Source: Haplodiscus bocki (lineage: Eukaryota). Taken from it: a stretch of 64,000 nt of DNA. Below are positions 13,571-24,950 of the stretch, piece by piece. The position numbers were made by a program, and so were the translations under genes. Within the stretch, counting starts at the first letter, position 1. The number at the start of each line of letters is the position of its first letter. The stretch lies in the NCBI GenBank assembly GCA_965655095.1, contig OZ296648.1, forward strand, positions 172,422,001 through 172,486,000, read 5' to 3'. The notes under the pieces are model-generated. The model worked only from the letters and a program-made list of their open reading frames with translations. It did not search any database and had not been told where the DNA came from.

Positions 13571-14134
13571 CCGTCCCTCTTTGGTTCAAACAGTAGGAAC
13601 TTGTGGAAGTGGTGAATGGATCGAAAAATAATTCGAAGACTGCGCTTGCACAAGTGTAATATTCTCTGCAATAGTGACTTCCTCAAGAAGTAAAGGTCGT
13701 ACCAAAGAGTCCCTCTACAAAATTTTTGGCGCTATGACCAGATTTTGAGGACAAAACGATTTCACCAAAAACGATATCTTGTGCGTTAAGGGCGGTGCCG
13801 ACTTGGGTCGTTCCCGGCTTGTTCTCAATATTTAAAGCTAGGTTGCATCAGAAAATTTCAAAACTACTTATTACAAAACCTTTCGAAAACACAGTCCTTA
13901 CACTACTGCAATGTTCCATATTTGCACCTAATTAATTGTATAAAAACAACGCATCATACTTAAAAATCGATTTCGCTGCGGTACATGTCACAGGAGACCC
14001 ATCTTGAAGATGAAATCTTGAGATTCAATAGTTATACAGTTTTAGCCTGTGAAGTTTTTCAGCTTTACCTTTTCCAATAAAAAAATTCCAGAGTGCTTCC
14101 ATGAGTGTAAAAATTTCAGAGAAAATAGTTATCA

Positions 14135-15030
14135 TAAATCGATTGTCTATCGATTTCAATTGAAAAAAGTCGATGGCCATTGCTCTCAAATCGATAAATA
14201 TCGATGATGAATCGATTGTCCATAGATTAAATCAATGGAAGCTAAACCCGGGTAACCTTTCAGTTTGAGATTTCGAGCAATATAAGTGCTCATTTTTGCA
14301 TCGGAAGTTCAATTAATTCAGTCCTGAGAAACCATGCGATTCACATTCGATAAAGCAGTCAAATCTGTTCGACTTATAGCCGCAGCACAAAGTTAAGGGA
14401 AAGAAGTCATTCGCCGCAGATACTGTTGCGTATCTGTCTATTGTCCATAAGGAGTTCATATAACTACGTCCAGATTTTTGGTGGAAAATCAAATGACTGA
14501 TTACGCGATATTAGGAGAAAAGAAAACTTGAGATTCTTGAAAATATGAAGCTTGTATGGTTCTTGCAGCAGCTTTTTCATGCCAGATTCTTGCAGGCATT
14601 CAAAATCGAGCAAGATATCGGATAGATACTTTGTTACAAACATCCTGCTTCCAGAAAAGATCTAGAGATAACAGACATTTCCTGGCGTTATCTTGAAAGG
14701 AATCATTTATCGAAGTCAAACGATTATGATATATATCATTCAGTTTTTTCAATATTGATGTTACAAGCCTGTCTGCATTCTCAACCTTTGCCATAACTTG
14801 TGCAAAACCCAAATTATGCGTATCTGCACCGATCCAAACGTGATTGTATTCAGCATACTTGCTTAATTAGCCGAGGGGGTTTTCCGTCATTGACTCTGGC
14901 TCGCATGGATCTCTTGTATTCAGAATACGGCAAACCTAATCAGACAGTTCGTTCTGCAGAATGCAATGTTTCATGAAGCCGCCTCTCACATTCTTATATT
15001 CAGTCATCGCTTTGAGTTCTTCGTGATAGC
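14135..15030 (-). pseudogene. Possible hAT transposase relic with ATCGAT-rich subterminal region
   Basis: Minus-strand translation HVWIGADTHNL..ILKKLNDIY..WKQDVCNK resembles hAT CxAHxLNL..LxQDVxTRW. ATCGAT motifs cluster at 14137-14240. Many stops. Confidence 0.35.
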
Positions 15031-15358
15031 AGCAGAAAAAAATAGAAGTAGATGATATCATTTATGTTTGGAACTGTTTATCAAAGTATTAAAGGTTTAC
15101 GCAATGTTGTGCACTATTTATAACAATTGAATGAAAAACGGAAAAGTAGCGAATAAACAATACAGCTAGTATTGATCTCATGCAAAAATAAAATAATTTA
15201 TCTAATACGGCAGAATACTGAATGATGGAAACAATTCTACTGAAACGACGAGGTAAATATACTAAAACGGAAGGAAGCACCATGAAGTGACCGAACAGGG
15301 CACCCTGTCGATCTCAGACCTAATACTATTTCAATATTCATCAGACATAGCCATGATT

Positions 15359-16969
15359 TTAATTCTCAATTTCTGGTAAATAGCTCAAATTTTTGTCTCG
15401 TTTTTTGTTCGGTCTAGGGGTGTTATTTTCAATTATAACTGCTGATGGATTACAATCAGTTGCAGGCTTTGCGTTCTTTAGGGCAGCTGAATTCAAAGAT
15501 GCCCGTTGCTGTACATATCTGTCTACAGTATCGGGACCATTGGCACCGACGGGGTTTACCTTGAGTTTTCGAACAGTGACATTATTGGCATTTGCCTCCG
15601 TAACCCCTCCATCGGTCACGGAAGGAGTTATATTGCAAGTAGTTTGCTCTTCTTCACAGTTATCTTGTATATCTCCATTCCTTTCGCTTTTCAATACATC
15701 CGATAAAGCATCTTGAGGAGCGGCACCAACTTCAAGGTGTTCAGTTCTCTGCCTAGTTTTGGGTGTTCTATTCGCGCCGTTGTTCAGCAATTCTTGTCTT
15801 TTATCCTCATGTCCCATGGGTCTCTCCTCTGCGTTCTCCTTATTACGCTGGAAGACATACCTACCAATTTTATTGAAAAAACCTTGATCGTCTTCTTGGT
15901 CTTTGAGTGCAGCCGAAGACTCCAGTCGTCTCTTTTCATACCTCCTGGCGCAGAGTTCGTTCAGTTTCTTCTTAGCCTCACTAGTAACTTTATAATCCAA
16001 AGACTTCATCAGAAATTTTTCCTCGTCTAATCGTTCCACGTTGAATTTGTGGATAGTGTTCAGGACCGTAAATTCATCAACAGAAGATGGATTTTGAATA
16101 ATTTCGATCAGAGAATATTTCAACAGAGTAAGGCCGACTCGAAATAGACACCACTTTCCTTCAAAGAAAAAGCTGTCCCATACCCTTAAAGTGATATTCC
16201 ACGGGAGAGTCCTGGAAAAGATACAGAAAAACCATTTCTGAACCAAAAGGACAAAATCAATTTGACATCTTGATAATATTGCGTAATGTTTCGGAAGAAA
16301 CTTTTTGCAAAGTTCTCGAAATATTAATGAATCTATTTGAAGTCCGCGCATCCCTTCATCAAAATATTCAACTAGATAAACGTCGCTGATTCTAACAAGG
16401 ACCCAAAATGCTTCTTCACAGTCCATATATAGTAACAGTACTGCAGTAATAGGGGATAGCGGCTGAGAATACCCTTGTTTCGGATTATACAAGGCATAAC
16501 ACTTCAGGACTTCGAAAAGCTTTTTTTGTCCAATTCCTGAGGTATTTCTGAACATAGAATGCTGAGGCAGAGTTCTGTGAAGATCTCTTTTGATCTCATC
16601 AGCAAGCTTTGGGTCCAGAGTTCGTGATAACAGAATAGGGTAAACGTGCTGGCGGTGTTGTTGCAACTTGAAGGCACTAGTGAGTTTCAACCATGCTCGT
16701 CCCCGGCATGATTGAGGAATTCCTTTTCTACAACGATCACGTAGCTTTCGTTGATTTTTCTCTATGAAGAAATCCCACCTGTTGAACATGTCAATCCATT
16801 TCATCTCACGAATTCGGTTTCTGGCACCATATTCTTCACTGGGATTAGTACTTCTTAGTTCACAGTTTGTTCTCTCACCGCTAGCTTCAGTATGTAAACT
16901 AATATTAGAGCCAGCAACAATGAATCCATACTGATCAACCTTTGGGGCCATTGCAATAGAACCGGCCAT
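15359..16969 (-). CDS. TBC1D10: TBC1D10/EPI64-family Rab GTPase-activating protein, intronless CDS, 536 aa from first ATG
   Basis: Motifs DQYGF, REMKWIDM, RCRKGIPQSCRGRAW, arginine finger IKRDLHRTLPQH, glutamine finger GYSQ, EEAFWVL, KWFFCIFSRTLPW..LRVWDSFFFEG. The track start at 17020 is a GTG; the first ATG is at 16969. Confidence 0.93.
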   Translation of the reverse strand: MAGSIAMAPKVDQYGFIVAGSNISLHTEASGERTNCELRSTNPSEEYGARNRIREMKWIDMFNRWDFFIEKNQRKLRDRCRKGIPQSCRGRAWLKLTSAFKLQQHRQHVYPILLSRTLDPKLADEIKRDLHRTLPQHSMFRNTSGIGQKKLFEVLKCYALYNPKQGYSQPLSPITAVLLLYMDCEEAFWVLVRISDVYLVEYFDEGMRGLQIDSLIFRELCKKFLPKHYAILSRCQIDFVLLVQKWFFCIFSRTLPWNITLRVWDSFFFEGKWCLFRVGLTLLKYSLIEIIQNPSSVDEFTVLNTIHKFNVERLDEEKFLMKSLDYKVTSEAKKKLNELCARRYEKRRLESSAALKDQEDDQGFFNKIGRYVFQRNKENAEERPMGHEDKRQELLNNGANRTPKTRQRTEHLEVGAAPQDALSDVLKSERNGDIQDNCEEEQTTCNITPSVTDGGVTEANANNVTVRKLKVNPVGANGPDTVDRYVQQRASLNSAALKNAKPATDCNPSAVIIENNTPRPNKKRDKNLSYLPEIEN

Positions 16970-18103
16970 GAAGCCAGTAAGTATGTTCACATTGTTTATC
17001 TCTAAAAAATACCGATTCACAAAAACCTCTTAAGCTGTTATTGGTTCAAAGAACTGAATTCATCGAATTTAAGACTAAAGGGACTCTTACGTATGTCCAT
17101 CCACTTCTAGATGTTCTTCTCCTTAGCCCGAAAGAGTTTTACTGTTCAATTCCTCTTTCAGATTCTTGATGAGAGTATTGGATAACCGGTCCCGCGATTA
17201 GATTTGCTACCAGTGGCAACTCAAAAGCACGTCTCACACAAGAAATATTTGGTTAGTTTAAATCAACTTTAATTAAGGATCCGCAATTAGGTTGTGTCTT
17301 TAAACTAAGAATTCAAACTACTTATACTAAATAATGTTTGATTATTGATGAGAGGGAGTAGTTTATCTCACATAAAGCGCCGCTTTGACTCCCAAAAGTG
17401 TAAGGTTCAAATTTTGTTCATATTTCCTTTAAAGATAAGTTTTGATGGGCACCTTCCTTAGATAAGCCTGTTCTGCTTTAGTTTCACCATAACATTCACT
17501 GTTACAGTAACCTCCTTTACGTAACTTCGGTTCATTATCAATTGCCATGAGGCTAGTAAAGGCGGGAGTCGCAAAAAAACGAGTAATTTCAAGGATGGCG
17601 TATTATCAAGTAAAATCTCGAAGCCAAAAAGGTTCAATTCAATCCAAAACCCTCTTTGAAAAGTTGAGAAACTTTCCAACAAGGAGGCTAGTATGAAAAT
17701 GAATATGCAGATTCCAGAATAATTGTCCTAGTGCTGCCAACGCCCTATCATCCATTCCCAAAAAAACTTCTCTCTTTCAACTCTATTTGCAATACCGTTA
17801 CGAAAGTGAAAATGATTTCAGTGAACAAAACTTCGGAACGTTTATTACAATCAGCTCAAAAAAGTTCTAGTTCGTTTTCCAACTTTTCGAAAAAGGACTC
17901 GCGCATTCATCTACTCATATGTTTTTTTATTTTGTTGTGTTCATGTTTCCGGTCAAAGTGCTTGCTGCATGTTAAGCGTTATGCTTGCGATCCAGTAAGT
18001 GAGAAAACTCCTTAAATTCGGTTTTGAGCTCGATTTTGCGCTGCGTCTGACAAACGTGACGCAGTACTATGAAATGAGGCTGATGCTGGGTTCACAGTTT
18101 CTT

Positions 18104-20250
18104 TTAAAGCGGCTTCTGATTGCGAACGAGAGAGTGTTCTGACTTTTTCTGAGTAGTCGAGGGAAGGTACACTCGCCGGACCTGAGTTGTCTTCGTCAAC
18201 AATTGCTGGTTCCGGAGCAATGCAAGAATTGTTGTGTTTAGACTTTTTAGGACAGTAGAGACCACACGAAAATACACACTTGTGTGGCCATGTTCATTTT
18301 TGTGATGCAATAAAACAACAATGACATGAAGTAGCATATACCCAGTGAAGGCAATCAAACTCATTAAAAATGAAAGTTTTGGAGAGAAGTAAGATTCAAA
18401 CTCTTTGAAGAGCGATGGGTGCAGCGGAGTCATCTTCGAAGTAATTGGGCGTCCATGGTTTAAATATTTTTTGGATCGCGAGTTTTAGGACTTTCGAGTA
18501 AGCATTCGCGGACTTCTTTGAAAAAAAACTCTTTACGCTGCCTTCGTTGAATAGTAGAGCATACCATCAATTGCTGGTAGTTTGCTCTATGTTTGTTTTG
18601 AAGGATCTTGAAAATGCACATTCACTTTGACAGCTGGAAGTTATTCGTAAGTACTGATCTCCGATCATACTCTGATGTGACTGCCAGACATTTGTTTTTC
18701 GCACCTCAAGGTGATTATACCGATTCGGCATCCTGGATAACTGCCAATTCCAAAAAAATGGTAAGATCACTATGGGATTCGTATAGAGTAAAGGCTGTTG
18801 TAGCAATAGTAGTAGGCGAGCGTCCATAGTCTCAGTTTTCTGCTTTTTCCTTCGAAGGCAGCATTATTTGTTCAATTTCGCAAATTTTTAGAGCTTCAAC
18901 TCTGTCTTAAAAAAAAAAGAAATGCGAGGCAGGACTCTTTGCCTTGCCTCAGTTGCAATCATATCTACCCATGTTTGATGGTAAAGAATCGAACACATCG
19001 AGAACGATCAGATTCTGATAAAAATGCTGTAACATCGTTGTTTTCGGAATTTTCAAGTTCCACTTAACTGCGATGTCGTTTTCTGCTTGAGGCATTGGGA
19101 CTGCTATGGCTGCAAAGACTGTAAACTTTGACTTTTTTGTTGCTATTGGAACTTCAATGCGCTTGATAAACCCTAGCTCGGGGACTACAACAGCACATTT
19201 TAGTTTTGTTTCATACAAGGTTAAAAGTATTCAGTACGTTTTGCTAAAGTAAGTCTGTCCGTTACTCGCCATCGTTCCAATGCGATTTTGTCTAGAATCT
19301 TTGGGAGCCATTTTTTTGGAACTAGCGACCTCGACAAACATTATTTGAGCAGTGGCTTTTTTGAACTCGTCACAAAAGTTCGATAAAGGTAAAATGAGCT
19401 TTTGTAACTTTCAATGTTTGCAAATGTAACAACCAGCAAAGACAAAAATGTATCTTAAATTAATTCTATTTGCTGTCCAAATAAAAAAAGCTGGTCACAA
19501 TCACGCAGAACATGATTGTTGTGCCCCATTATATCGAAAGTTTCTGCAATGGCTTTCGTTTTATGATTTTGCAAAGCAAGCAATTACTTCTGAACGGATT
19601 TATGTACACCAAGTTCGTCGTAACGATAAAAAAAATCGTTACCATCACTTCCTTAAAAGATAACGTCTTCCGCGAAGGAGTCCGTGAGCTCTGCTTTGTT
19701 CGTTGTTAGATGTACTATGTTTTGCGCACTCTTGAAAAGATCCACAAAACTACTTTTAGTGGGAATTCTTCTCTTCCAGGGGCAAATCCAGATCCAAATA
19801 ATCCAATGGGAGCAAGCGCCATCATTGGAAAGGGCGCAGTCAGCGTTAAACGATTGTATCCAGAAGCGGCACACTCTGCCGTCTTCAGGAAATCTGAAGA
19901 AAAGTTGCTCGTGCACTGCCAGACAAATTCCATTTTGAACATGATGTAGAAGTCCATCAAGACCAAAATTGGAACCGTTTTCTTCAAAATTAGAGGAAAA
20001 ATCCAAATGACACTGCCAACTAGGTTGCCTCCAAAACTATTGCAGTTTCTCAATGTAGGTGACTAAGTTGGGAACCACGTTCATTTCGAGCTTTCGAAAA
20101 AACAAGCAGACAGTCACCTTTAGGAAACTTTCCAGCCGACAAAAAGTATGTAACATGCTTGAAAATTACGCCAACTTAGAACACTGCACCAGAGTCTTGA
20201 TCAATGACAATGTCAAGTTTCCATTCCATTGGTGTGGCAATTGCAGCCAT
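18104..20250 (-). pseudogene. Decayed env-like glycoprotein gene (class I fusion protein-like) of an LTR retrotransposon
   Basis: Fragments in order across frameshifts: N-terminal region (~20250), hydrophobic MALAPIGLFGSG (~19800), helical NNHVLRDCDQLF (~19500), IEVPIA..FTVFAAIAVPMP (~19120), EKAEN*DYG..YPGCRIGIITLRC (~18720-18850), TM LMSLIAFTGYMLLHVIVVLL (~18340). Colinear with 50700-52400. Confidence 0.65.
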
Positions 20251-23200
20251 TTAGAAGAAAATCATTGAAAAAAAATGAAGTTCATAATTTTGAAAAAGCA
20301 CTGTAAGGTGTTTGGAAGAAATCATTCACGACAGAAATTGAGCAACATTTTTCTGGGAACAGGGGAACAGAGGTTGCTCCGACAGTTTTTTTTGCGGCTC
20401 AAGAAAATAAGATGAAATTTAAAAAAAAACTGTGTAGCGTTTAAGAAAAGTGCTAACATGTGTTCCCCAAAGATGGTCAATCCGGTGGATGTGAATTCTT
20501 GTATTGGTTCAACATATGTGGGACAACAAAGTGTTTCCCGAGTTATGTCGCTCTGTGGCTCTTAGTTGTCAAGATATCAGTAGACCCCCTGGACATCTCA
20601 TGGGAACTGCTGTTTCTTCCTGTGATGCTGTTGTTACGTTTCATAGTGTGGTACAAATTGTAATAGCAACAGCATTTTCAGCCGGTAGTTCCAATGATTG
20701 GCGGTTTTAAATTTTAAGGTAGCAGCCATGATTGTGGTTGACAATTCAAATTTAAAGAGTAATTAATTCTGGGTCATCCACAGGTTTAGTGAAACATTAC
20801 AAAGCAGTTTCCACCGAAAGAACGTGAGGTAATGTAATGATGTGTTCTCGCGTTTCCAGATAAACCAGAGAGATTAGACGTTGTCTCCCACTTTGGAGAA
20901 GAATCAAAGGACAATAAATTGGTGAGTGCGAGAAAATATTTTTACTCCTGATGTGATGGAATTGGAAAAGGAATTGAATGTTTCGTCGAAAAGGAAGATC
21001 TACTAGAAGTGTAAAATTTGGAACTCTCACCGATGAGGGAAAGCAAGTGCGCACTGCTTTAAAGAGTCGGAAAATTTTTGTTTGCTCGTGTGATGCATGA
21101 GGTGTACGAAAATTACAAGGTATAGTTAGAGCACAAAGACTAAGAAAAAAAATCCGACTACTGTATTTGTTTAGGCGTAACAATGAAGACGCGGTGGAGC
21201 TAACAGCTGAGTAGCCTCAACTGGGCGGCTGCGGTGAAGGAACAAAAGTCGGAGAAGTTGGGTTGGTGTCCTGTGGAAACCATCGATGGAGTGAATTGCA
21301 CTACTGGGAAGCAAGTGGTTCAAAACGTTGTTCAGTTGGGTTATGGAAGGAGTCTTACTAGCGATTGGTGCATTTTACGCACAAATGTCGAAAATCGAAA
21401 CTTGTTCCCTGTAGGTGCTGTTCTTTTGGTAAGATCAGGAGTATAAAAAATTTGTTTACAATTCTCGCCAAAAATCAAATGGAAAAAAGGAGTGAAAAAA
21501 GAATCTGCAATGTTGAATAAGTTGAAGACCTTAAAGAAGCAGAACATAGCATTATACGAACAACTAGAGTGTCTGCAGTGCGATTCAAAACCAGTGCAAG
21601 CCTCCAAGTTTAGAATTGGTTTAATAACGAGAAACAAACTAGACGTATCTTCCGCTTGTGCAGATGCCGAAGTCGGGTTCATCCAGAAATTTTGGCCAAA
21701 AAAAAGCTATGTACTATCCATAAACGGTTAAACCGTATGATTTTGAAATTGGTTAATCTGTTGGCTTTTTACCGGTATAGAAAATGTTAAAAAATGGAAG
21801 TCAGAGCGGGAATAACAGCTAAAAGTGGAGGTAAACGTAACGTGACACAACTTAGTATTGAAGTATCGAGATATTCAAGTCTGATTTTCATGTTTGTAAG
21901 CACTGTGTCAACAACACAAACTTCAACTCAACAAAACCTGTTTGGGAAGCGAAGTTTCCTTATTGACAGGTAAAAAACGCGACCGCGATCGGGGTTTTTT
22001 GTCACTACTGAAGCGTTGACCTGAAAAATTCCCTGTGAGCCTGTTTATAAGAGCTGCAGTCTCTTTGCTCATGGTGGTTGTCCGACAACAAGTAAGACTT
22101 TCCTTGAACAGAAGTTGAGAGGAAGTATTCGGAATTCATCCGAAAAAATGAATAAAAGAACACAACAATGAAAAACAAAGCTTTTTGTTGGCTTTACACA
22201 GATCTCACTAGTAAACAGTTGAGTTGGGAGAGTTGGGTGGGGCTAAGATGCTTCGAGTCATCTTAAGGATTTGTGAAAATGCAGAAAGTTAGGCCGTCAT
22301 AGTGTCGTTATTGAAAACGTCATTACTTGCCATTATTAAGTAATTCGAATTATACACAAGAGAAAGAATTTGTGGTTCAAAAAAACACGCATAAACTTGA
22401 GGAACCCTAAGGAACTTTACAACAATTAAACGGAAGGAACTGCTAAAAAGCACGGCCGATAATTTGCCTAAGTCACAATGGATAAAACTAGAAAACTAAA
22501 CCTACTGTACCCTCATTTTCTTCTGTGCGAGCACATATTCGGACTTTGTTCTTCAATTTTTTGTAATGATATGAGTTCAATTTTATGAGTACATTTTCTA
22601 CTTTGAGCGAAGCCTGCTTTGAGATGATTGCTGAAAAAATTATCGTTGTCTATGAAATGAGGTGATATAGAGATAAGAGCTTTGAAATATGAAGGCGAAT
22701 CGCATTAAATTTTTTCTCATAATTACGCTATAGGAAAACTGGCGTTATCATGGAGTGCGCTGCAGGAAAATTCAAGTGTGTCAGCGAATCGATGAGAAAG
22801 TTCTGGCTGCTCGTTTCTAAGTTCCTGACAATACATGCTAATAATTCAATCTATCCACTGAGTTCGGGAAAATGGCTTCGCTTCAACGCAATAAATGTCT
22901 GTAACTCAAACGGCAGAACGTTAAAATTATTAGCTTGGTAACCCTATTCACCACCAATACCGACTCTTTGAGCCCGACCAAAGGTTTCATTCTGAAAATA
23001 TTCACGGGAAGACAGCCAGTTAATATGGTACATAGTTAAAAACTGAAACGTCACGAATGTGTAAGCTTATTACTATCGAAAAAAATTTACGATGAGGAGG
23101 GCTTTCAATTGTTCTTGTATGTGCCAGAGAACCCAAAAAAGAAACAGAATCTTTGTCTATGAATGAGGAAAAGTAATGCCAAAAAAGATATTTTTCCTCA

Positions 23201-24559
23201 TGAATGAATTAAAACTCACGATTTTGAAAAAAGTTTTTGGAAAATCAGATTTTGTGTGACTGGAAAAAACGTTTTTTTTTGGAAAGCCAGTTTCACTTTA
23301 CGAGTAAAGAACAACTACGGAAGGAAATGCAGTCGCAGTCACTCCAAGCTGAAAAGCTCATTAATATCGTGACATCAGAGGTTGAAGTTGCCTAAAAAAT
23401 GGCACCGCAGTTGTCTTGCTTTCCAGTCAGTGAGGTCATCAGTGGAGTTGAAACCCAAATCAAAGGCAGCAGGGGCACTCAATAGTGTACTTCATTGCGG
23501 GAAATCCAATTGCAAAATCTTTGTCTTTGAGGTTCCCCTGAATGCGGTAATAGATAGAGAAGTCAATTCCGGGGGCTACGCATGAAGGTTCACAATCCAG
23601 ACAACGGGAGCACCATGATTTTTACATGTGTATCCGGTGATTGGAAATTTCCAGAATAGACGACTCATGGTTTTAATATAAGGTGAAAAGCTTATGTTTG
23701 ACTGGAGATGGAGGAGGTTATGTGTTTTTTAAATGAAAACTAACAACATAAATGATGATTGTTCCAAAATCATTAGGCAATTTCAGGTGTCAGTTTTAAA
23801 AAACAACGAAGAAAAATGTGCCCCTCCGTGGCTGGTCTTCACCGATAAGCTTTTGTTCGAACTGATGCAAGAAATCTGAATCAGCAAATTGACATGCTGA
23901 TTGAGTCAATAAAAGTGCTCCCTTGAAATGTGTGAGGAACTAAGTCAATTTCTTGGTGTGTTATTACTTGTCTCTGCCAGCGCATACTGTAAAGACGGAG
24001 CCCTATAGGGTAAACACTTACTGTGTTCGATATGATTGACAGTAAGTCTTTCAAGAAAATGCTTGATAATGTTCGGTATTGATAAAACCAAAACAGTAAG
24101 TTAACATTCTGACGTTTAAAAATCGTATGAATATTAGGCGAATTGAGTTAAAGACTCTTGAACTCTGTATTCTAGTTAACGTCTGATAAGTGGTGATTGA
24201 CGATGATTTGTGCCAAAAATTGATTGACAACTATTTACTCAGAGTGAAAACTGAAAGCAAAAATTTTAGATTGCTAGTTGCCAAACCTATGATGAGAATA
24301 ATCAGGCAAAGGAATCATTTAGCGGAACGGATCCAAGCTTGGTGTGTCACGATAGTTTTGGAAATTCGTCAGATCGTTTTGAAGCAAACTTTCCAGCACT
24401 AAATTACGCGCCTAACTCATTTTTCTATCATGTTTCTGCGTTTTTCGAACTCGAAAGTAATCCCCCGGTCCTCAACAGAACTTCCAGACTAATGCGGGTT
24501 AGAGTTCGTAGAAGAAAAAAATCAACGTCTATACCAGAATCGGAAAACATTGTTACAAT

Positions 24560-24950
24560 CACATGAAAACTGGCTTGTATTCTAGTTTGTGAATTCCGCA
24601 TTTTCATTGAAGGAAGCAAACTTCGCTTATGTTACGTTGCAACATATAAATTTTCATTCGAACAAAGGCATTTTTTCCAGTCCGAGTATTTTGTTTTGTC
24701 ATAACACGTCAAATTCCTAATTAATGTGTGTATCCAATTGTTACGCATTTGATTAAAACATGCGACTAAAAATCTGGGGCTGAATTTTTCCAAGTTTGTC
24801 GTTTTTTGGTTCTCTCTGGAAAAATGTGATAAACATTGCGTTGCTAGAATAGCAGACATTGCTAAATCAGAGGAAATGCAATGTCCAAAACTTGCTTTAG
24901 TATTACTAAAACTGTCACATTCTGAAATGTAAAGGTTGCTATGTAACTCA
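24560..24950 (-). pseudogene. OARD1/TARG1-like macrodomain (ADP-ribose hydrolase fold) at the 3' end of Gypsy element C
   Basis: DSFSNTKASFGHCISSDLAMSAILATQ..NNWIHTLI..KTKYSDWKKCL resembles OARD1 DLF..SLAHCISEDCRMGAGIA..IYYLITK..KPTYENLQKSL. Confidence 0.65.

Noticed and set aside
12463-13800. CACCGCCCTTAA / TTAAGGGCGGTG as the TIRs of one element
   Set aside because: They face outward, so at best they are ends of two separate partial elements.
16970-17020. N-terminal extension of the TBC ORF in the track
   Set aside because: It begins at GTG; in a eukaryote the first ATG (16969) is the likelier start.
19865-19890. Hammerhead-like CTGAAGA plus stem on the minus strand
   Set aside because: The stem is not followed by GAAA, and it lies within env coding sequence.
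21300-24500. Coding-like decayed sequence with short ORFs
   Set aside because: No recognisable motif; probably more mobile-element debris, but unsupported.
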